Assembly: GCA_038145175.1 (NCBI GenBank)
Contig: JAYQPE010000006.1
Coordinates: 2,346-66,345, forward strand
Length of the DNA: 64,000 nt
Direction: 5' to 3'
Source of the DNA: Actinomycetes bacterium
Lineage (GTDB): Bacteria; Actinomycetota; Actinomycetes; S36-B12; UBA5976
Part shown: positions 10,518 to 21,787 of the stretch, piece after piece
Position numbering within the stretch: the stretch's first letter is position 1
Layout: each line of letters starts with the position of its first letter
Position numbers and translations under genes: made by a program
Notes under the pieces: model-generated
What the model saw: only the letters and a program-made list of their open reading frames with translations
Database searches by the model: none
What the model was told of the DNA's origin: nothing

Positions 10518-11807
10518 ATTAAAGTAAATAGCACAATTGAAAATTTAACTCCCACACGAATTAAAGTTTCAATAAAAGTTCCTTTTACTGAATTAAAGCC
10601 AAGTCTTGATTCTGCATATCAAAAAATTGCTAGCCAAATCAATGTTCCAGGATTTAGAAAAGGAAAAGTTCCTAATAAAATTATTGATCAAAGAGTGGGA
10701 CGTCCTGCAGTTTTGCAAGAAGCTGTAAATGAAGCAGTTCCAAGAGCATATGCCGAAGCATTGAAAGATAAAAAATTTTATCCAATTGGAAAACCTGAAG
10801 TAGATGTTCAGGAGTTAGCAGAAGATAAAGATTTTGTTTTTTCAGCAGAAGTAGATGTGAGACCAGATTTTGAATTACCAAAATATAGAGGACTAAAAGT
10901 AACAGTGGAAAAGCCTCGAGACATAAAAGAGGATGTAGAGAAAGAATTAGAAGACTTAAGAACTAGATTTTCTAGTTTAAGTGCCGTAGAAAGAGCTGCT
11001 CAAGATAAAGATGTAGTAATTCTTGACATCGTGGGTAAAAAAGATGAAACCCAAGTGAATCAATATTCAGGTCAAGCACTTGCTTACACAATTGGTACAA
11101 ATGGATTGGTTCCAGGTGCAGATGAAGCTTTGAGGGGTAAAAAAGCTTCTGAAATAGTCAATTTTGAATTTAAACCCGAGGATGGTCCATTTAAAGATCA
11201 AACAATCAAGCTTGAAATAACAATAAACACAGTTAATGAAAAAGTTTTGCCTGATGCAGATGATGAATTTGCCAAAATGGCTAGTGAGTTCGACACTCTT
11301 TCTGAATTAATGAAAAATTTGGAAGAAAAAGTAAAAAATTCAAGAGTTATTGAACAAACTTATCTTGCTCGCGACAAAGTTTCTGATGAACTAGTAAAGC
11401 TTATGGAAAAAGTTCCTTTGCCAGAAAATGCTATTCAAGCAGAAATTGATGCTCATTTTAAAGATGGTCATGGCGATGATAGCCATAAACAAGAAGTTGA
11501 AAAAAATACAAGAAGATCTATGCAATCTCAATTTATATTGGACCGAATTGCTGAAGATGAAAAAATAGGGGTTAGCGACGCTGATCTTTCTGAATGGATT
11601 ACCCAAAACGCAATTCAGTATCGGATGGAACCAAAAACTTTCGCTGATGCACTAGTTAGATCGGGTGAAATTAATTTGGTTATGGGTGAAATTAGAAGAA
11701 GCAAAGCACTTACTCTTGTGTTAACTCAAGCAGAAGTTAAAGACTCCGATGGTAAAGCTGTCGATGTAGCTAGTGTTTTAAAACCATTTACAGCACCTGA
11801 GGAATAA
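10518..11807 (+). CDS. tig: Trigger factor (apparent non-canonical ATT start)
   Basis: Frame is open upstream of the listed ORF and encodes ..NSTIENLTPTRIKV..VPGFRKGKVP (ribosome-binding motif); AAGGAG lies 7 nt before ATT at 10518. Confidence 0.9.
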   Translation: MKVNSTIENLTPTRIKVSIKVPFTELKPSLDSAYQKIASQINVPGFRKGKVPNKIIDQRVGRPAVLQEAVNEAVPRAYAEALKDKKFYPIGKPEVDVQELAEDKDFVFSAEVDVRPDFELPKYRGLKVTVEKPRDIKEDVEKELEDLRTRFSSLSAVERAAQDKDVVILDIVGKKDETQVNQYSGQALAYTIGTNGLVPGADEALRGKKASEIVNFEFKPEDGPFKDQTIKLEITINTVNEKVLPDADDEFAKMASEFDTLSELMKNLEEKVKNSRVIEQTYLARDKVSDELVKLMEKVPLPENAIQAEIDAHFKDGHGDDSHKQEVEKNTRRSMQSQFILDRIAEDEKIGVSDADLSEWITQNAIQYRMEPKTFADALVRSGEINLVMGEIRRSKALTLVLTQAEVKDSDGKAVDVASVLKPFTAPEE

Positions 11808-11809
11808 AT

Positions 11810-11826
11810 TTTCCCTCATAGCGAAC
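11810..11826. promoter_or_regulatory. ClgR-like operator upstream of clpP1
   Basis: TTTCCC-TCATA-GCGAAC versus consensus GTTCGC-N5-GCGAAC; candidate -10 TAAGGT at 11865. Confidence 0.6.
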
Positions 11827-11904
11827 ATTCTTGTTTTCAAGATGAGAATTCTTGAAAGACAGGTTAAGGTCGAAGTAACAAGAAATTAGGAGAGTATAAA
11901 TATC

Positions 11905-12516
11905 GTGTTTCAGGATGAGCAAATGCGAAATCCAAGTGGTCCAGGAAGTTATGACGACCAAATATTTCAAAGACTTTTAAAAGAAAGAATTATTTTCTTA
12001 GGCACACAAGTGGAAGATTCTGTGGCAAATATGCTCACAGCACAATTATTAGTTTTAGCAGCAGAAGATCCTGAGAAAGATATTTATCTCTATATAAATT
12101 CCCCAGGCGGATCAATTTCTGCAGGCATGGCAATTTATGACACAATGCAATACATTCCAAATGATGTAGCAACAGTTGCGATGGGCTTAGCCGCATCCAT
12201 GGGTCAATTTTTATTATCTGCTGGTGCAAAAGGAAAAAGATATGCACTTCCTCACGCAAGAATTATGATGCATCAACCATCAGGAGGAATTGGCGGAACA
12301 GCTTCTGACATCAAAATTCAAGCAGAGCAAATGCTTCATATTAAGAAACAAATGGCTAGATTAATTGCTGAACATACTGGGCAAAAAATTGAACAGATTG
12401 AAAAAGACTCAGATCGTGATCGTTGGTTTACAGCAGATGAAGCAAAAGACTATGGCTTTGTAGACAAAGTTGTTAGATCAGCCAGTGATGTTACTGGTCA
12501 TGGAGGAACTAGATAG
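11905..12516 (+). CDS. clpP1: ATP-dependent Clp protease proteolytic subunit 1
   Basis: [26 protein letters not shown]. Confidence 0.95.
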   Translation: MFQDEQMRNPSGPGSYDDQIFQRLLKERIIFLGTQVEDSVANMLTAQLLVLAAEDPEKDIYLYINSPGGSISAGMAIYDTMQYIPNDVATVAMGLAASMGQFLLSAGAKGKRYALPHARIMMHQPSGGIGGTASDIKIQAEQMLHIKKQMARLIAEHTGQKIEQIEKDSDRDRWFTADEAKDYGFVDKVVRSASDVTGHGGTR

Positions 12517-13155
12517 ATGAAATTTGAATCTAAATTAAATTCAAAGTTAAATCCACAATCTCGCTATATTCTTCCTGAATTTAGGGAAAGAACTGCAAAT
12601 GGCGAAAGAGTTCACAATCCATACACCAAGTTATTCGAAGAAAGAATTATTTTTCTAGGTGTGCAAATTGATGATGCATCTGCTGATGATGTGATGGCGC
12701 AATTATTAGTTTTAGAATCACTTGATCCAGAACGTGATATTTCAATGTACATAAATTCACCTGGTGGTTCTTACACAGCAATGACTGCAATTTATGACAC
12801 GATGCAATTTATTAAGCCCCAAATTCAAACTATTTGTTTAGGACAAGCTGCAAGTGCTGCTGCAGTAATTCTTGCTGCTGGATCTCCTGGTAAAAGATTT
12901 GCGCTTCCTCACGCAAGAATTCTGATTCACCAACCTTATACAGAAGGTGGCGGTCAAGGTTCTGACATTGAAATTCAAGCAAATGAAATTTTAAGAATGC
13001 GTTCTGAGATGGAAGGAATTTTAGCTAAACATACTGGCAAGAAACTTTCTGAAATTCAAAAAGATATTGAACGTGACAAAATTTTGACTGCAGAAGATGC
13101 GCAAAAATATGGCGTAATTGACCAAGTAATTAGTTCCAGAAAGAATTCAAATTAA
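12517..13155 (+). CDS. clpP2: ATP-dependent Clp protease proteolytic subunit 2
   Basis: [32 protein letters not shown]. Confidence 0.95.
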   Translation: MKFESKLNSKLNPQSRYILPEFRERTANGERVHNPYTKLFEERIIFLGVQIDDASADDVMAQLLVLESLDPERDISMYINSPGGSYTAMTAIYDTMQFIKPQIQTICLGQAASAAAVILAAGSPGKRFALPHARILIHQPYTEGGGQGSDIEIQANEILRMRSEMEGILAKHTGKKLSEIQKDIERDKILTAEDAQKYGVIDQVISSRKNSN

Positions 13156-13158
13156 ATA

Positions 13159-13185
13159 ATTTTGTTCGCTGATTGTGAACAAAAT
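13159..13185. promoter_or_regulatory. Inverted repeat: ClgR-like box and/or terminator-like hairpin between clpP2 and clpX
   Basis: ATTTT-GTTCGC-TGATT-GTGAAC-AAAAT. Confidence 0.55.
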
Positions 13186-13269
13186 GTTATTCAAGTGACA
13201 AATGTACTCAATTTTGTGGGTGTTTCAGGGTAACGTTTCTTTTAATCACTAAAAAATAGGAGCGCTAAA

Positions 13270-14547
13270 TTGGCACGTCTTGGAGAAGGAACAGATCCAT
13301 TAAAGTGCTCTTTTTGCGGCAAGGGTCAAAAGCAAGTTAAAAAATTAATAGCTGGCCCTGGTGTTTATATTTGTGATGAGTGTATTGAACTTTGTAACGA
13401 AATTATTGATGAAGAATTGCAAGAGACTACCGATTTACCTTTTGATGAATTACCAAAACCCAAAGAAATTTATCAATTTTTAGATAATTATGTAATTGGT
13501 CAAGAACATGCTAAGAAAGCATTGTCTGTTGCTGTCTATAACCATTACAAAAGAGTTCAAGCTGGTGCAAACGATAGAGCAAAAGATGATGCTGTTGAAC
13601 TTGCTAAATCGAACATTTTATTACTAGGGCCTACTGGTTCTGGAAAAACTTTATTAGCCCAAACTTTGGCAAGGCTATTGAATGTTCCATTTGCAATTGC
13701 AGATGCAACAGCACTAACTGAAGCAGGTTATGTCGGTGAAGATGTTGAAAATATTTTATTAAAACTTATTCAAGCTGCAGATTACGATGTTAAGAAAGCA
13801 GAAACTGGAATTATTTATATCGATGAGATAGATAAAATTGCTAGAAAGAGTGAAAATCCATCAATTACAAGAGATGTCAGTGGCGAAGGTGTTCAACAAG
13901 CTTTATTAAAAATTTTAGAAGGCACTACCGCTTCAGTTCCTCCACAAGGAGGTAGAAAGCATCCTCATCAAGAATTTATTCAAATTGATACCAGCAATGT
14001 TTTATTTATTGTTGGCGGAGCTTTTGCTGGTTTAGATAAAATTATTGAATCTAGAATTGGCAAAAAATCTCTTGGATTTACTGCTGATTTTACTGACCTT
14101 GATAACACAAATCCTGGAGATATTTTTGGCAAAGTTATGCCTGAGGATTTATTAAAATTTGGCATGATTCCAGAATTTATTGGCAGACTTCCAGTTGTGA
14201 CAAGTGTTACTGCTCTTTCTGAAGAAGCACTTATGCAAGTCTTAGTTAAACCAAAAAATGCACTCGTTAGACAATATGAAAGATTATTTGGATTAGACAA
14301 TGTTGAATTAGAAATTACAGAAGATGCCTTAAGAGCAGTTGCTGAATTAGCACATCTTCGAGGCACAGGCGCTAGAGGCTTAAGAGCGATCATGGAAGAA
14401 GTTTTATTAAATGTTATGTATGACATTCCAAGTAGAAAAGACATTGGAAAAGTTGTAGTAAATCGTGACACTGTGTTGGAAAACGTAAACCCTACTTTGG
14501 TTCCAAGAAAAGAACTACCGGAGCAACCTGAAGAAAAGTCTGCTTAA
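13270..14547 (+). CDS. clpX: ATP-dependent Clp protease ATP-binding subunit
   Basis: CSFC..C..C zinc finger, [15 protein letters not shown]; TTG start with AGGAG. Confidence 0.97.
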   Translation: MARLGEGTDPLKCSFCGKGQKQVKKLIAGPGVYICDECIELCNEIIDEELQETTDLPFDELPKPKEIYQFLDNYVIGQEHAKKALSVAVYNHYKRVQAGANDRAKDDAVELAKSNILLLGPTGSGKTLLAQTLARLLNVPFAIADATALTEAGYVGEDVENILLKLIQAADYDVKKAETGIIYIDEIDKIARKSENPSITRDVSGEGVQQALLKILEGTTASVPPQGGRKHPHQEFIQIDTSNVLFIVGGAFAGLDKIIESRIGKKSLGFTADFTDLDNTNPGDIFGKVMPEDLLKFGMIPEFIGRLPVVTSVTALSEEALMQVLVKPKNALVRQYERLFGLDNVELEITEDALRAVAELAHLRGTGARGLRAIMEEVLLNVMYDIPSRKDIGKVVVNRDTVLENVNPTLVPRKELPEQPEEKSA

Positions 14548-17096
14548 GGCAATTTAATTTCTAGTTTGAGTTCTCCAGTTTGAATTTTGTAAGATAAATT
14601 TTTGATGTTTCCTGCTGCAATTAAATCTTTTTCAGCTTTCTTTAAGATTTCAATTCCTTCATTATTTGAATTTATAACTAAATCTAAAACTTCGGCTTTC
14701 ATGGAAAGTTGCTTTTCAGTTTTTGCTTTTCTAATTTCTGCTAATACTTTGGTCACTAATTCAAGGTTTTCAACTCCAATATTTCTATTTGCAGAAATTT
14801 CTTCAGGTTTTGGCCAGCTTTGAAGGTGTACTGAATCCTTTTGCCACCAAGACCAAACCTCTTCACTTACAAATGGAACGAAAGGAGCAAAAAGTTTCAA
14901 TAAGGTATGAATGGTTATTCCCAAGGCTGCTTTAGCCGAATTGGCAGATTCTTCACCTTGTTTTCCGTAGGTTCTTTCTTTAACAAGTTCTAAGTAGTCG
15001 TCGGTGAAAAACCAAAAGAAGGATTCAGTTACTTCCAAAGCTTTTGTGTAGTCGTATTTTTCAAATGCTTTTGAGGAAGCCTCCACGACTTGGGCTAATT
15101 TGTTTAACAATGCATGGTCTACTTCAAGTTTTACATCATCTTTTTTCAACGTTGCATTTAAACTTAAAGCAAATTTACTTGCGTTAAGAATTTTTACAGC
15201 TAATCTTTTTCCAATTTTCATCTGACCTGTATCAAATGCAGTATCAGTGCCAGGTCTTCCCATCGCAGCCCAATATCTCACTGCATCTGAGCCATACTCT
15301 TTTAATAAATCAATTGGAGTGACTACGTTTCCTTTTGACTTACTCATCTTTTTTCTATCCGGATCTAAAATCCAACCGCTAATACTGGTGTTTTTCCAAG
15401 GAAGTGAATTTTCTTCTAAATGACTTCTTACAACAGTTGAAAATAACCAGGTCCTAATTATTTCATGTGATTGTGGTCGTAAATCCATAGGAAATATTGT
15501 GTTAAACAATTTGTTATCTATTCCCCAAGAACCAGCAATTTGTGGTGTTAATGACGAAGTGGCCCAAGTATCCATCACGTCTGGATCACCAATAAAACCA
15601 TTTGGTTTATTTCTTTGTGATTCACTAAATCCTTCAGGACAATCACTTTGCGGATCGATTGGTAATTGATTTTCTTTAGGAATTAAAATTTGATCATAAA
15701 TTGGATTAGCATTTTCATCTAATTTGTACCAAATGGGAAGTGGCACACCAAAAAATCTTTGTCTCGAAATTAACCAATCACCATTTAGTCCTTCAACCCA
15801 ATTTTGATATCTAACTTTCATGTAATCAGGATGCCAACTTAATTCATCCCCTCGAGATAAAAGTTGTTTTCGTAAATTCTGATCTCTACCACCATTTCTT
15901 ATGTACCATTGCCTTGTAGTAACAATTTCTAAAGGTTTATCACCTTTTTCAAAAAATTTAACAGTATGAGTTATTGGTTTTGGTTCACCAATTAATTGAT
16001 TTGATTTCTTTAATTCTTCAACTAAAATTTCTCTAGTTGTGTGTGAAGTTTTTCCAATAATTTTTGAAAAAATTTCTATAGCCTTATCTGTTTTTATCCA
16101 TTCAGGTAAGTCATTTTGAATTTTTCCATCCCAACCAATTAATCCTCTTGTGGGTAAATTAAATTCTCTCCACCAAACTACGTCTGTCACATCACCGAAA
16201 GTACAAATCATGGCGATTCCACTACCTTTTTCAGGATCTGCCAAATGATGAGCAACAACTGGTACTTCAACTTCAAAAAGTGGAGTTGTTACAGTTTTAC
16301 CAAAAAGTGACTTGTATCTGTCGTCTTCTGGATTTGCCACTAGTGCAACACAACTTGGTAAAAGTTCTGGACGAGTGGTTTCAATAAACACATCTGAGCC
16401 ATCTTCTTTTTTAAATGCAATTTTATGAAATGCCCCAGGTCTTTCTCTATCTTCTAATTCAGCTTGGGCAACTGCAGTTCTAAAAGTTACATCCCAAAGA
16501 GTTGGAGCTTCAGCTTGATAAGCTTCGCCTCTATTTAAGTTATTTAAAAATGCTTTTTGGGAAACATATCTAGCCCTTTTATCTATCGTTTGATAGGTGT
16601 AATTCCAGTCAATAGATAAACCTAAAGTTTGAAACAATGATTCAAAAACTTTTTCATCTTCTAACGTTAATTTTTCACATAATTCCACAAAGTTTTTTCT
16701 TGAAATGGGAATTTGTTTATCTGAAGGCTCTTTAGGTGGTTCAAAATTTGAAATATATGCAAGGGAGGGGTCGCAACGAACTCCAAAATAATTTTGGACC
16801 CTTCTTTCTGTTGGTAAACCGTTGTCATCCCATCCAATAGGGTAGAAAACTTTTTTGCCAACCATTCTTTGATATCGAGCTATTAAATCTGTGTGAGTGT
16901 AAGAAAATACGTGCCCAACGTGAAGAGATCCGCTTACTGTTGGAGGAGGAGTATCTATTGAGTAGACAGAATTTTTGTCGCAATTCTTATCAAAGGCGTA
17001 TGTGTTTTTACTTACCCAAGAATTTCCCCATTTTTCCTCTAAACCATCTAATGATGGTTTTTCAGGAACTTGAGGGTAAATTGCAGAATCACTCAT
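14544..17096 (-). CDS. valS: Valine--tRNA ligase (short type, no evident C-terminal coiled coil)
   Basis: [15 protein letters not shown] and KMSKS motifs; ATG at 17096 lies 7 nt after a TAAGAT -10. Confidence 0.93.
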   Translation of the reverse strand: MSDSAIYPQVPEKPSLDGLEEKWGNSWVSKNTYAFDKNCDKNSVYSIDTPPPTVSGSLHVGHVFSYTHTDLIARYQRMVGKKVFYPIGWDDNGLPTERRVQNYFGVRCDPSLAYISNFEPPKEPSDKQIPISRKNFVELCEKLTLEDEKVFESLFQTLGLSIDWNYTYQTIDKRARYVSQKAFLNNLNRGEAYQAEAPTLWDVTFRTAVAQAELEDRERPGAFHKIAFKKEDGSDVFIETTRPELLPSCVALVANPEDDRYKSLFGKTVTTPLFEVEVPVVAHHLADPEKGSGIAMICTFGDVTDVVWWREFNLPTRGLIGWDGKIQNDLPEWIKTDKAIEIFSKIIGKTSHTTREILVEELKKSNQLIGEPKPITHTVKFFEKGDKPLEIVTTRQWYIRNGGRDQNLRKQLLSRGDELSWHPDYMKVRYQNWVEGLNGDWLISRQRFFGVPLPIWYKLDENANPIYDQILIPKENQLPIDPQSDCPEGFSESQRNKPNGFIGDPDVMDTWATSSLTPQIAGSWGIDNKLFNTIFPMDLRPQSHEIIRTWLFSTVVRSHLEENSLPWKNTSISGWILDPDRKKMSKSKGNVVTPIDLLKEYGSDAVRYWAAMGRPGTDTAFDTGQMKIGKRLAVKILNASKFALSLNATLKKDDVKLEVDHALLNKLAQVVEASSKAFEKYDYTKALEVTESFFWFFTDDYLELVKERTYGKQGEESANSAKAALGITIHTLLKLFAPFVPFVSEEVWSWWQKDSVHLQSWPKPEEISANRNIGVENLELVTKVLAEIRKAKTEKQLSMKAEVLDLVINSNNEGIEILKKAEKDLIAAGNIKNLSYKIQTGELKLEIKLP

Positions 17097-17131
17097 GGAT
17101 GCAATCTTATGCAATACATAGTATTTAATTA

Positions 17132-18445
17132 ATGATGGTCAATTTAGACGCAGTTTCGGCACTTTCTAATCGTTTTCCTGAAAATAAAATTAATCCATCC
17201 CTAGATCGAATATTGATGGCAATGGATTTAATGGGACAGCCTCAAAACAATTTTAAAACTATTCATATAGCTGGAACTAATGGAAAAACCAGCACTTCTC
17301 GAATGATAGAAAGACTACTTCGAACCCTTGACTTAAGAACAGGACTATTTATAAGTCCTCATTTAATTCATCCTCGAGAAAGAATTGAAATTAATGGTCA
17401 AATTATTTCCGAAACTAGATTCCAAGAAATATTTGAGGAAATAAATCCTTATTTAGAAATTATTGATCAAAAATTTGTAGATGCACCTATGACATTTTTT
17501 GAAGTTTTAACTGCGATGGGTTTTTTAGCATTTTCTGATGAGCCAATTGATGTTTTATCCCTAGAGGTTGGCATGGGAGGACGATGGGATTCAACGAATG
17601 TTGTTACACCAGAAGTTTCTGTAATAACAGCAATTGGATTAGATCATCAAGAATTTTTAGGATCAAGCATAAAAGAAATTGCATTTGAAAAGGCTGGAAT
17701 CATAAAAGAAAATATTCCAGTGGTCATTTCAAAACAAGTTAAAGAAGCAAATCTTGTTCTAAATGAGGTGGCGTTAAGCAAAAGTAGTCAAACAATTAGA
17801 GAAGGTATTGAATTTGATGTTTTGGAAAGAACAGTTGGTGTTGGTGGACAACAATTGAATATTGCAACTCCTTTTGGAAATTATCAGGATTTATTTTTAC
17901 CACTTTTTGGTAAATTTCAAGCATCAAATGCTGCATGTGCCTTAACAGCTGTTGAGATTTTTTTAGGAAAAAAACTAGATCTCGAACTTGTTCAAGACGC
18001 GTTTGCTGATTTTAAGTCACCAGCAAGATTACAAATTGTTAAACGAAATCCAACAATTTTGGTGGATGCAGCGCATAACATTTCAGGCGTTCAAAACACT
18101 CTTGAAGCAATAAATGAAACTTTTAAATTTAATAACAAAATATTAATTATTGGCTTTATGAAGGACAAAGATATTGAAGAAATGCTTGATTTACTAAAAG
18201 GTTATGCTCAGGATGTAATACTGACCCAAGCAAATTCAACAAGGGCGATTACTGCAGAAGATTTGAATAAAAAAGTAAATATGATTCCAAATTTTTCACA
18301 AAATATTACTTGGAAGAGTAGTTCAAAAACCGCTCTCGAAGATGCAGTTGAAATTGCAAAAAGTAAAAATAATTCAACTGGCATAATTGTGTTAGGTTCA
18401 ATAGCTTTAGCTGGAGAAATACTTCAGCATTCCAAATCTGTTTAA
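17132..18445 (+). CDS. folC: Dihydrofolate/folylpolyglutamate synthase
   Basis: HIAGTNGKTS, EVGMGGRWDSTN, DAAHN. Confidence 0.95.
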   Translation: MMVNLDAVSALSNRFPENKINPSLDRILMAMDLMGQPQNNFKTIHIAGTNGKTSTSRMIERLLRTLDLRTGLFISPHLIHPRERIEINGQIISETRFQEIFEEINPYLEIIDQKFVDAPMTFFEVLTAMGFLAFSDEPIDVLSLEVGMGGRWDSTNVVTPEVSVITAIGLDHQEFLGSSIKEIAFEKAGIIKENIPVVISKQVKEANLVLNEVALSKSSQTIREGIEFDVLERTVGVGGQQLNIATPFGNYQDLFLPLFGKFQASNAACALTAVEIFLGKKLDLELVQDAFADFKSPARLQIVKRNPTILVDAAHNISGVQNTLEAINETFKFNNKILIIGFMKDKDIEEMLDLLKGYAQDVILTQANSTRAITAEDLNKKVNMIPNFSQNITWKSSSKTALEDAVEIAKSKNNSTGIIVLGSIALAGEILQHSKSV

Positions 18446-18453
18446 GGATTATT

Positions 18454-18795
18454 GTGAGAGCACTGACTTCTGCTGTTATTAGTTTTGAAATTTTAATAAT
18501 CATTTTATTCATTCCAGCTGCACTTCAAAATGATGAACTTGATAGTAATCTTATTATTTATACTTCTTTAGTTTTGATTATTTTTTCTTTAATAATTTTA
18601 GGTTTGTTGAAAAAAAGAATTGGATTAATTCTTGGCTCAGTGTTGCAGGCAATATTGATTGGCTTAGGTTTTTTTGTAAACTGGATGTATGTTCTAGGTT
18701 TGATATTTTTAGGATTATGGGTAGCTTCAATAAAAATAGGCAAGAAAACTGATCAAATGAAGAGTTCACTTAAACCTAAAACAGACTCAAAGTAG
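18454..18795 (+). CDS. DUF4233-like membrane protein
   Basis: Hydrophobic 113-aa ORF between folC and ndk, the usual actinobacterial position. Confidence 0.7.
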   Translation: MRALTSAVISFEILIIILFIPAALQNDELDSNLIIYTSLVLIIFSLIILGLLKKRIGLILGSVLQAILIGLGFFVNWMYVLGLIFLGLWVASIKIGKKTDQMKSSLKPKTDSK

Positions 18796-18827
18796 TATTA
18801 GATCAATAGGAATTGAAGGGATTTAAA

Positions 18828-19238
18828 TTGAGCGAAAGATCATTAGTTTTAATAAAACCAGATGGTGTTAAACGTGGTTTGGTTGGCGAAGTTTTAAGAA
18901 GAATTGAAACTAAAGGTTGGAAAATTATCGCATTAGAAATGAAAAAGTTAGATGAAAAGACAGCAGCTGCGCATTATGCTGAACATGATGGCAAGCCATT
19001 TTTTAAAGATTTAGTTTCCTTTATAACTTCCTCAGAATTAGTGGCATTAGTTATTGAAGGTCCCAATGCAATTTTGGGTTGGAGACAAATGATGGGTGCA
19101 ACTAATCCTGCAAATGCTCAACCAGGAACAATCCGGGGAGATTTTGCAACCGAAACGCAAAATAACGTCACTCATGGTTCTGATTCTCCAGAGTCAGCAT
19201 CCAGAGAGATTGGTCTTTTCTTTCCAGGATTAAAGTAG
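18828..19238 (+). CDS. ndk: Nucleoside diphosphate kinase
   Basis: IKPDG, PGTIRGDF, N.THGSDS; TTG start at 18828 preferred. Confidence 0.95.
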   Translation: MSERSLVLIKPDGVKRGLVGEVLRRIETKGWKIIALEMKKLDEKTAAAHYAEHDGKPFFKDLVSFITSSELVALVIEGPNAILGWRQMMGATNPANAQPGTIRGDFATETQNNVTHGSDSPESASREIGLFFPGLK

Positions 19239-19280
19239 TTTTACGTAATATAAATAGCAAAAATAAATTAAAGGATAATT

Positions 19281-20315
19281 GTGGCTGGATTTAGTGGTGG
19301 TTTTCTAGGTCGTGACTTAGCAGTTGATTTAGGAACTGCGAATACTTTAGTTTACGAACGCGGTCGCGGAATTGTTTTAAATGAACCATCTGTTGTTGCA
19401 ATTAACCAAAACACAGGTGGAATTGTTGCAGTAGGTGCTGAAGCAAAAAGAATGGTTGGAAGAACTCCAGGAAACATTGTTGCTATTCGTCCCTTAAAAG
19501 ATGGAGTTATTGCAGATTTTGATACCACCGAAAGAATGCTCAGATATTTTATTCAAAAAGTTCATAAACGTAGATTTTTAGCGAAACCAAGAGTTGTAAT
19601 TTGTGTTCCAAGTGGAATTACAGGCGTTGAACAACGCGCAGTTAAAGATGCAGGTTATGCCGCAGGAGCTAGAAAAGTTTACATAATCGAAGAACCAATG
19701 GCTGCTGCAATTGGAGCAGGTTTACCGATTCATGAACCAACAGGAAACATGGTCGTAGATATTGGTGGAGGAACTTCAGAAGTTGCTGTGATTTCTTTAG
19801 GTGGAGTTGTTACTTCTTTATCTATTAGAACCGGTGGAGATGAACTTGATGATGCGCTAGTTCAATTTGTTAAAAAAGAATATTCTTTAATGCTAGGTGA
19901 ACGAACTGCAGAAGAAATTAAAACCACAGTTGGAACTGCATTTCCTGTGCCAGATGAATCTTCAGCAGAATTAAGAGGACGAGATTTAGTTACTGGATTA
20001 CCTAGAACAATTGTTGTTACTGCTGAAGAAATAAGAAGAGCACTTGATGAACCATTAACCAGAATTGTTGATGCTGTTAAAACTACACTTGATAGAACTC
20101 CACCAGAACTTTGTGGAGACATAATGGATCGTGGAATTGTATTAACTGGTGGGGGAGCTTTATTAAAAGGTTTAGATGAAAGATTAAGACATGAAACTGG
20201 AATGCCAGTAATCATTGCAGAGCAACCTTTGAATTGCGTAGTAAATGGTTCAGGTAAATGCGTTGAAGAGTTCGAGGCTTTACAACAAGTATTGATCTCA
20301 GAACCACGCGCCTAA
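19281..20315 (+). CDS. mreB: Rod shape-determining actin MreB
   Basis: [27 protein letters not shown]. Confidence 0.97.
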   Translation: MAGFSGGFLGRDLAVDLGTANTLVYERGRGIVLNEPSVVAINQNTGGIVAVGAEAKRMVGRTPGNIVAIRPLKDGVIADFDTTERMLRYFIQKVHKRRFLAKPRVVICVPSGITGVEQRAVKDAGYAAGARKVYIIEEPMAAAIGAGLPIHEPTGNMVVDIGGGTSEVAVISLGGVVTSLSIRTGGDELDDALVQFVKKEYSLMLGERTAEEIKTTVGTAFPVPDESSAELRGRDLVTGLPRTIVVTAEEIRRALDEPLTRIVDAVKTTLDRTPPELCGDIMDRGIVLTGGGALLKGLDERLRHETGMPVIIAEQPLNCVVNGSGKCVEEFEALQQVLISEPRA

Positions 20316-20336
20316 TAGCATGATCGGCGGTTTGCC

Positions 20337-21263
20337 GTGAGAGATTCAACTAGATTAAGAACAGTTTTAGCAGTGTTATTACTGCTTTCATTTACTTTTG
20401 TTGCCCTTGAGTTAAGAACTTCAGGAAGTGGCTTAACTAAATCATTACGAGAATTCACAGCTAATGTAATTTCACCCATTCAAGAATCATCTAGTAATTT
20501 CACAAATTCAATAAAAAATTTTTCTAACACTTGGACTGAAATTAGAACGGCACGAAGTCAAGTAAAAGATTTACAATCAGAAAATTTATTACTTAAAGAA
20601 GAACTTGCAAAATCAGAAGAAAATAGAAGAAGGGCAGCAGAGTTAGATGCTTTACTTAAATTAGCTGGAATTGGAACTTATGAAATAGTTCCTGCAAAAG
20701 TAATTGCTATTGGTTCAGCACAAGATTATTCATGGACCATCACAATTGACGTTGGACAAATAGATGGAATAACCACCGATATGACGGTTTTAACGGGTCA
20801 AGGATTAGTTGGAAGAACAGTTTCAGTTGCAAATTCATCTTCCACAGTTGCACTTTTGGCAGATCCCTCAAGCAAAGTTGGCGCAAGAATTGGCGGTAAA
20901 GGCGAATTAGGATTCATTGGCGGAACGGGATTACCAAGTGAACTTGAATTTGAATTATTCGATCCAATTGCAGAGATAAATAAAGGAGATCGAATTGTCA
21001 CATGGGGTTCAGAGAATGGTCGACCTTTTGTTCCAGGAGTTCCCATTGGTGAAGTTATTTCCATTAAATCCTCACCTGGCTTATTAACCAAATCTGCCCG
21101 AGTAAAACCTTACGTTAATTTGTCCACACTTGATTTAGTAAGTGTTGTGGTGGAACAACCTCGAATTGATCCAAGAGATTCATTGTTACCTCCAGCTCCT
21201 GTTACTCCAACTCCAAGCCCTTCAATCTCGATTTCCCCAAGTCCAAGTCCTAGTGTGGAATAA
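20337..21263 (+). CDS. mreC: Rod shape-determining protein MreC
   Basis: TM helix, coiled coil, GLVG and PGVPIGEV; Pro/Ser-rich tail; follows mreB. Confidence 0.92.
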   Translation: MRDSTRLRTVLAVLLLLSFTFVALELRTSGSGLTKSLREFTANVISPIQESSSNFTNSIKNFSNTWTEIRTARSQVKDLQSENLLLKEELAKSEENRRRAAELDALLKLAGIGTYEIVPAKVIAIGSAQDYSWTITIDVGQIDGITTDMTVLTGQGLVGRTVSVANSSSTVALLADPSSKVGARIGGKGELGFIGGTGLPSELEFELFDPIAEINKGDRIVTWGSENGRPFVPGVPIGEVISIKSSPGLLTKSARVKPYVNLSTLDLVSVVVEQPRIDPRDSLLPPAPVTPTPSPSISISPSPSPSVE

Positions 21264-21265
21264 GA

Positions 21266-21787
21266 ATGAATGTATATAAATATTTCGCTTTAGTAATTTC
21301 TATAGTTATAGCGGCTGTTCTTCAACCTACTTTTTTTGCAAAACTTTTTCTTCCGGGAGCAACTCCAGATATTTTAATTGTGGTTTTAACAAGCTGGGCT
21401 TTATTGAAAGGTCCTGCTGTTGGAGCAATTGCTGGCTTTTTAACTGGTTTTTTAATTGATGTTTTACCTCCAGGAGATCATTTAATGGGAATATCTTCAA
21501 TATTCTTGACAATAATTGGGTATTTAGTGGGATATTTGAGCCAAAATCAAAGTAGATCTTTTGTAAGACCATTAGTAATTTCTGCATCAGTAGCAAATGT
21601 TTTCTTTATTGTTAGAAGTATCTGGGCAAATATTTCAGGAGCAGAATTTTCTCTAAATATTTTTGCAGTTAATTTTCTAACTCAAGGTCTTTACGCCGCA
21701 TTACTTGCAGTGTTTATTTATCCAGCGATTGGTTTATTAGATAAAAAATTGGGACCTATATCTAGAGCAGAAGAATTAAGAGTATAA
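21266..21787 (+). CDS. mreD: Rod shape-determining protein MreD
   Basis: Polytopic membrane protein with PD.L and GF..GFL.D motifs. Confidence 0.88.
   Translation: MNVYKYFALVISIVIAAVLQPTFFAKLFLPGATPDILIVVLTSWALLKGPAVGAIAGFLTGFLIDVLPPGDHLMGISSIFLTIIGYLVGYLSQNQSRSFVRPLVISASVANVFFIVRSIWANISGAEFSLNIFAVNFLTQGLYAALLAVFIYPAIGLLDKKLGPISRAEELRV

Noticed and set aside
10518-10694. Truncated tig / pseudogene
   Set aside because: The frame is open and the N-domain is intact; only the start codon is atypical
11835-11857. HspR HAIR operator
   Set aside because: The arms are in the opposite orientation to CTTGAGT-N7-ACTCAAG
13980-14471. Long antisense ORFs (also 3606-4049, 19862-20215, 36850-37221, 53838-54242 and other shadow ORFs)
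   Set aside because: Shadow frames of well-supported genes, with no recognisable motifs
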